From Octopus sinensis (Eukaryota), in NCBI RefSeq assembly GCF_006345805.1, contig NW_021827808.1, positions 1 through 10,018 on the forward strand: a stretch of DNA of 10,018 nt, in the 5' to 3' direction. The position numbers and the translations under genes are program-made. The notes beneath the pieces were generated by a model that was given only the letters and a program-made list of their open reading frames with translations, was not told the DNA's origin and searched no databases. Positions 8,347-10,018 of this stretch are shown piece by piece (position 1 is the first letter of the stretch; the number at the start of each line of letters is the position of its first letter).

Positions 8347-8627
8347 GCTGTTCATTACATGAATGTTCACTCTTAAATACTACTAGTAGACTAACGCTAA
8401 TTGTTGACTGTAGAACTGTTCATGATGAAATGGTTAGTAATTAATGCCTCCACCTCTTCTTATCTTCTAATTAACATTTAATAAATCAAACAGGTATTTA
8501 AATATCTATATGTCTGTTCTGTTATAAGCTGTAGTTAATAGGATTTGAATTTTTCACATTGTTAACTTCATCTTCAGAGATCAAAGATTGCTTTAAATAT
8601 TTATGTCTACATCGCACCTTGATTTGT

Positions 8628-8857
8628 TTGATCTTTCATCATCATCAGGTGTCTTTTCCCAGGTGTTTACGTAATACCAGACTGGTGGTACCAATGGTTG
8701 ATTAAAGGTAGTTTATATAATATTTACTTTTACACTCTATATCAATCAAATTGATCTCTTATCATTATCAGATGTCTGATTCCTGGATGGCTACATAAAT
8801 AGCAGTCTGATACCAATAATTAATTAATTAAAGATAGTTAATTAAATGTTTAACCTT
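8628..8857. repeat. Old diverged tandem duplication, period about 123 bp
   Basis: TTGATCTTTCATCATCATCAGGTGTC (8628) vs TTGATCTCTTATCATTATCAGATGTC (8751); TACCAAT and ATTAAAG.TAGTT follow in both copies. Confidence 0.7.
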
Positions 8858-9243
8858 GAGCAACTTTTTTGAATTCCACATATGTTACAATCATGGACAT
8901 GTTTACAAAATCGAAAATAAAATCTCAGTATCCATCACTTTCGGAAACATCTTCTTACATTCAGAATTGGTGAAGCATAGAATGAACAACCCGCATCAGT
9001 TGTTGGCTGCCAAGACACAACCCACTTCAAAACTTCCATGCTTCCTGATATTCACCAACAGTACACCTGATGCTCCCCACTCACATTTCTCTTTTTTTTT
9101 GCTTCTTTTTCTTTTCTTTTCTTTTTTTTTTGAAGAACCATTCACTGTTCACTTCCTGTGCATATTCTATGTACTATTCAAGCAGTTTTGGTTACTTTTT
9201 CCGATGAGTTGTAGTATACCTGAGCTTTATACTAGTAAACAGT

Positions 9244-9327
9244 CATCTGGTTCGCCAGTCCTCAGTAAAATTGTCCAACCCATGCTAACATAGAAAGCAG
9301 ACATTAAACGATGATGATGATGATGAT
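9244..9327 (+). mobile_element. 3'-terminal fragment of an RTE-type LINE or partner SINE with an (ATG)n tail
   Basis: TCCAACCCATGCTAACATAGAAAGCAGACATTAAACG(ATG)n matches the reverse complement of about 9526-9585. Confidence 0.8.
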
Positions 9328-9525
9328 ATATAAAGTGATGTGAGTTCAAGTCTCATGGCTGGTTGCTGACATATTTTTCTGCTTTGTATGGATATTTTAT
9401 CCTGTCTCTGTTGTTCTACGAGTATTTGTGCATTTGAAAATATATTATGTTATTTGTATCTCACAATACACATTTCAGTGCCTCTAAGGCAAACATTGGT
9501 TTGTTTACATTTATAATATATATAT

Positions 9526-9928
9526 ATCATCCTCATCATTGTCACCATTTAGTATCCATTTTCCATGCTGGCATGGGTTGGATGGTTGTACTGGGACTGG
9601 TAAGCCAGAGAGTTGTACCAGGTTCCAGTCTGATTTGGCTTAGTCTCTGTGGTTGGATGCCCTTCCTGACACCAACCACTGCACAGAGTGTACCTGGTAC
9701 CTTTTATGTTTCACCAGTGCTGGCAATGAATATGATCTCACTTAGCTTGACGTATCTTCTCAAGCACAGCAATTCACCAAGAGTCTCGGTTACTTGTTAT
9801 CACCTCTGTGAGACTCAATATCCGAAGATCATGCCTCATCACCTCATCCCATGTCTTCCTGGGTCTCTCTCTTCCATAGATTCCCTCCACAGTTAGAGAT
9901 AGGCACTTCTTCATGCAGCTGTTCTCAT
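9526..9928 (-). mobile_element. 5'-truncated RTE-clade LINE: ORF C-terminus, 3' UTR and (ATG)n-like tail
   Basis: Minus-strand translation ENSCMKKCLSLTVEGIYGRERPRKTWDEVMRHDLRILSLTEVITSNRDSW*IAVLEKIRQAK* (stop 9738-9740) resembles the GRPxxTW..D..R..WR C-terminus of RTE ORFs. UTR motif GGAAGGGCATCCA and a short-repeat tail. Confidence 0.82.
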
Positions 9929-9950
9929 ATATATAAACATATACATATAT

Positions 9951-9987
<37 letters not shown>
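9927..9987. repeat. (TA)n/(TACA)n microsatellite
   Basis: Directly visible. Confidence 0.93.
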
Positions 9988-9989
<2 letters not shown>

Positions 9990-9997
9990 CAACAGGT

Positions 9998-10018
9998 GGG
10001 GGTTGGCATCGGAAGGGC
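9998..10018 (+). mobile_element. Possible start of another RTE 3' UTR fragment at the window edge
   Basis: GGTTGGCATCGGAAGGGC resembles GGTTGGTGTCAGGAAGGGC (reverse complement of 9659-9677). Too short to be sure. Confidence 0.45.

Noticed and set aside
8856-9293. 145-aa plus-strand ORF
   Set aside because: TTG start, a poly-T derived Phe/Leu run, ends inside a retroelement tail, and has no recognisable motif.
9447-9896. 149-aa plus-strand ORF
   Set aside because: It is the antisense reading of the RTE LINE fragment.

Overview
AT-rich, microsatellite-dense eukaryotic non-coding DNA with no intact gene. The SINE and LINE families resemble those I recall from Octopus/coleoid genomes; this is inference from memory, not a database result. 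Most supplied ORFs are translations of simple repeats. Supported features: a dead DD34D mariner transposase (~7056-8346) split by a full-length tRNA-derived SINE with a 15-bp TSD; a ~296-bp MITE-like element with 91-bp inverted arms; three tRNA-SINE families (7 copies or fragments); RTE-type LINE 3' fragments; and a 26-bp minisatellite with a 104-bp higher-order repeat. The best leads are a minimal type I hammerhead-ribozyme fold with an unusual A6U core on the minus strand (1070-1107), a second decayed hammerhead-like motif (772-826), and two closely spaced candidate microexons of 19 and 8 nt on the plus strand (574-669). None of these leads can be proven from the sequence alone.
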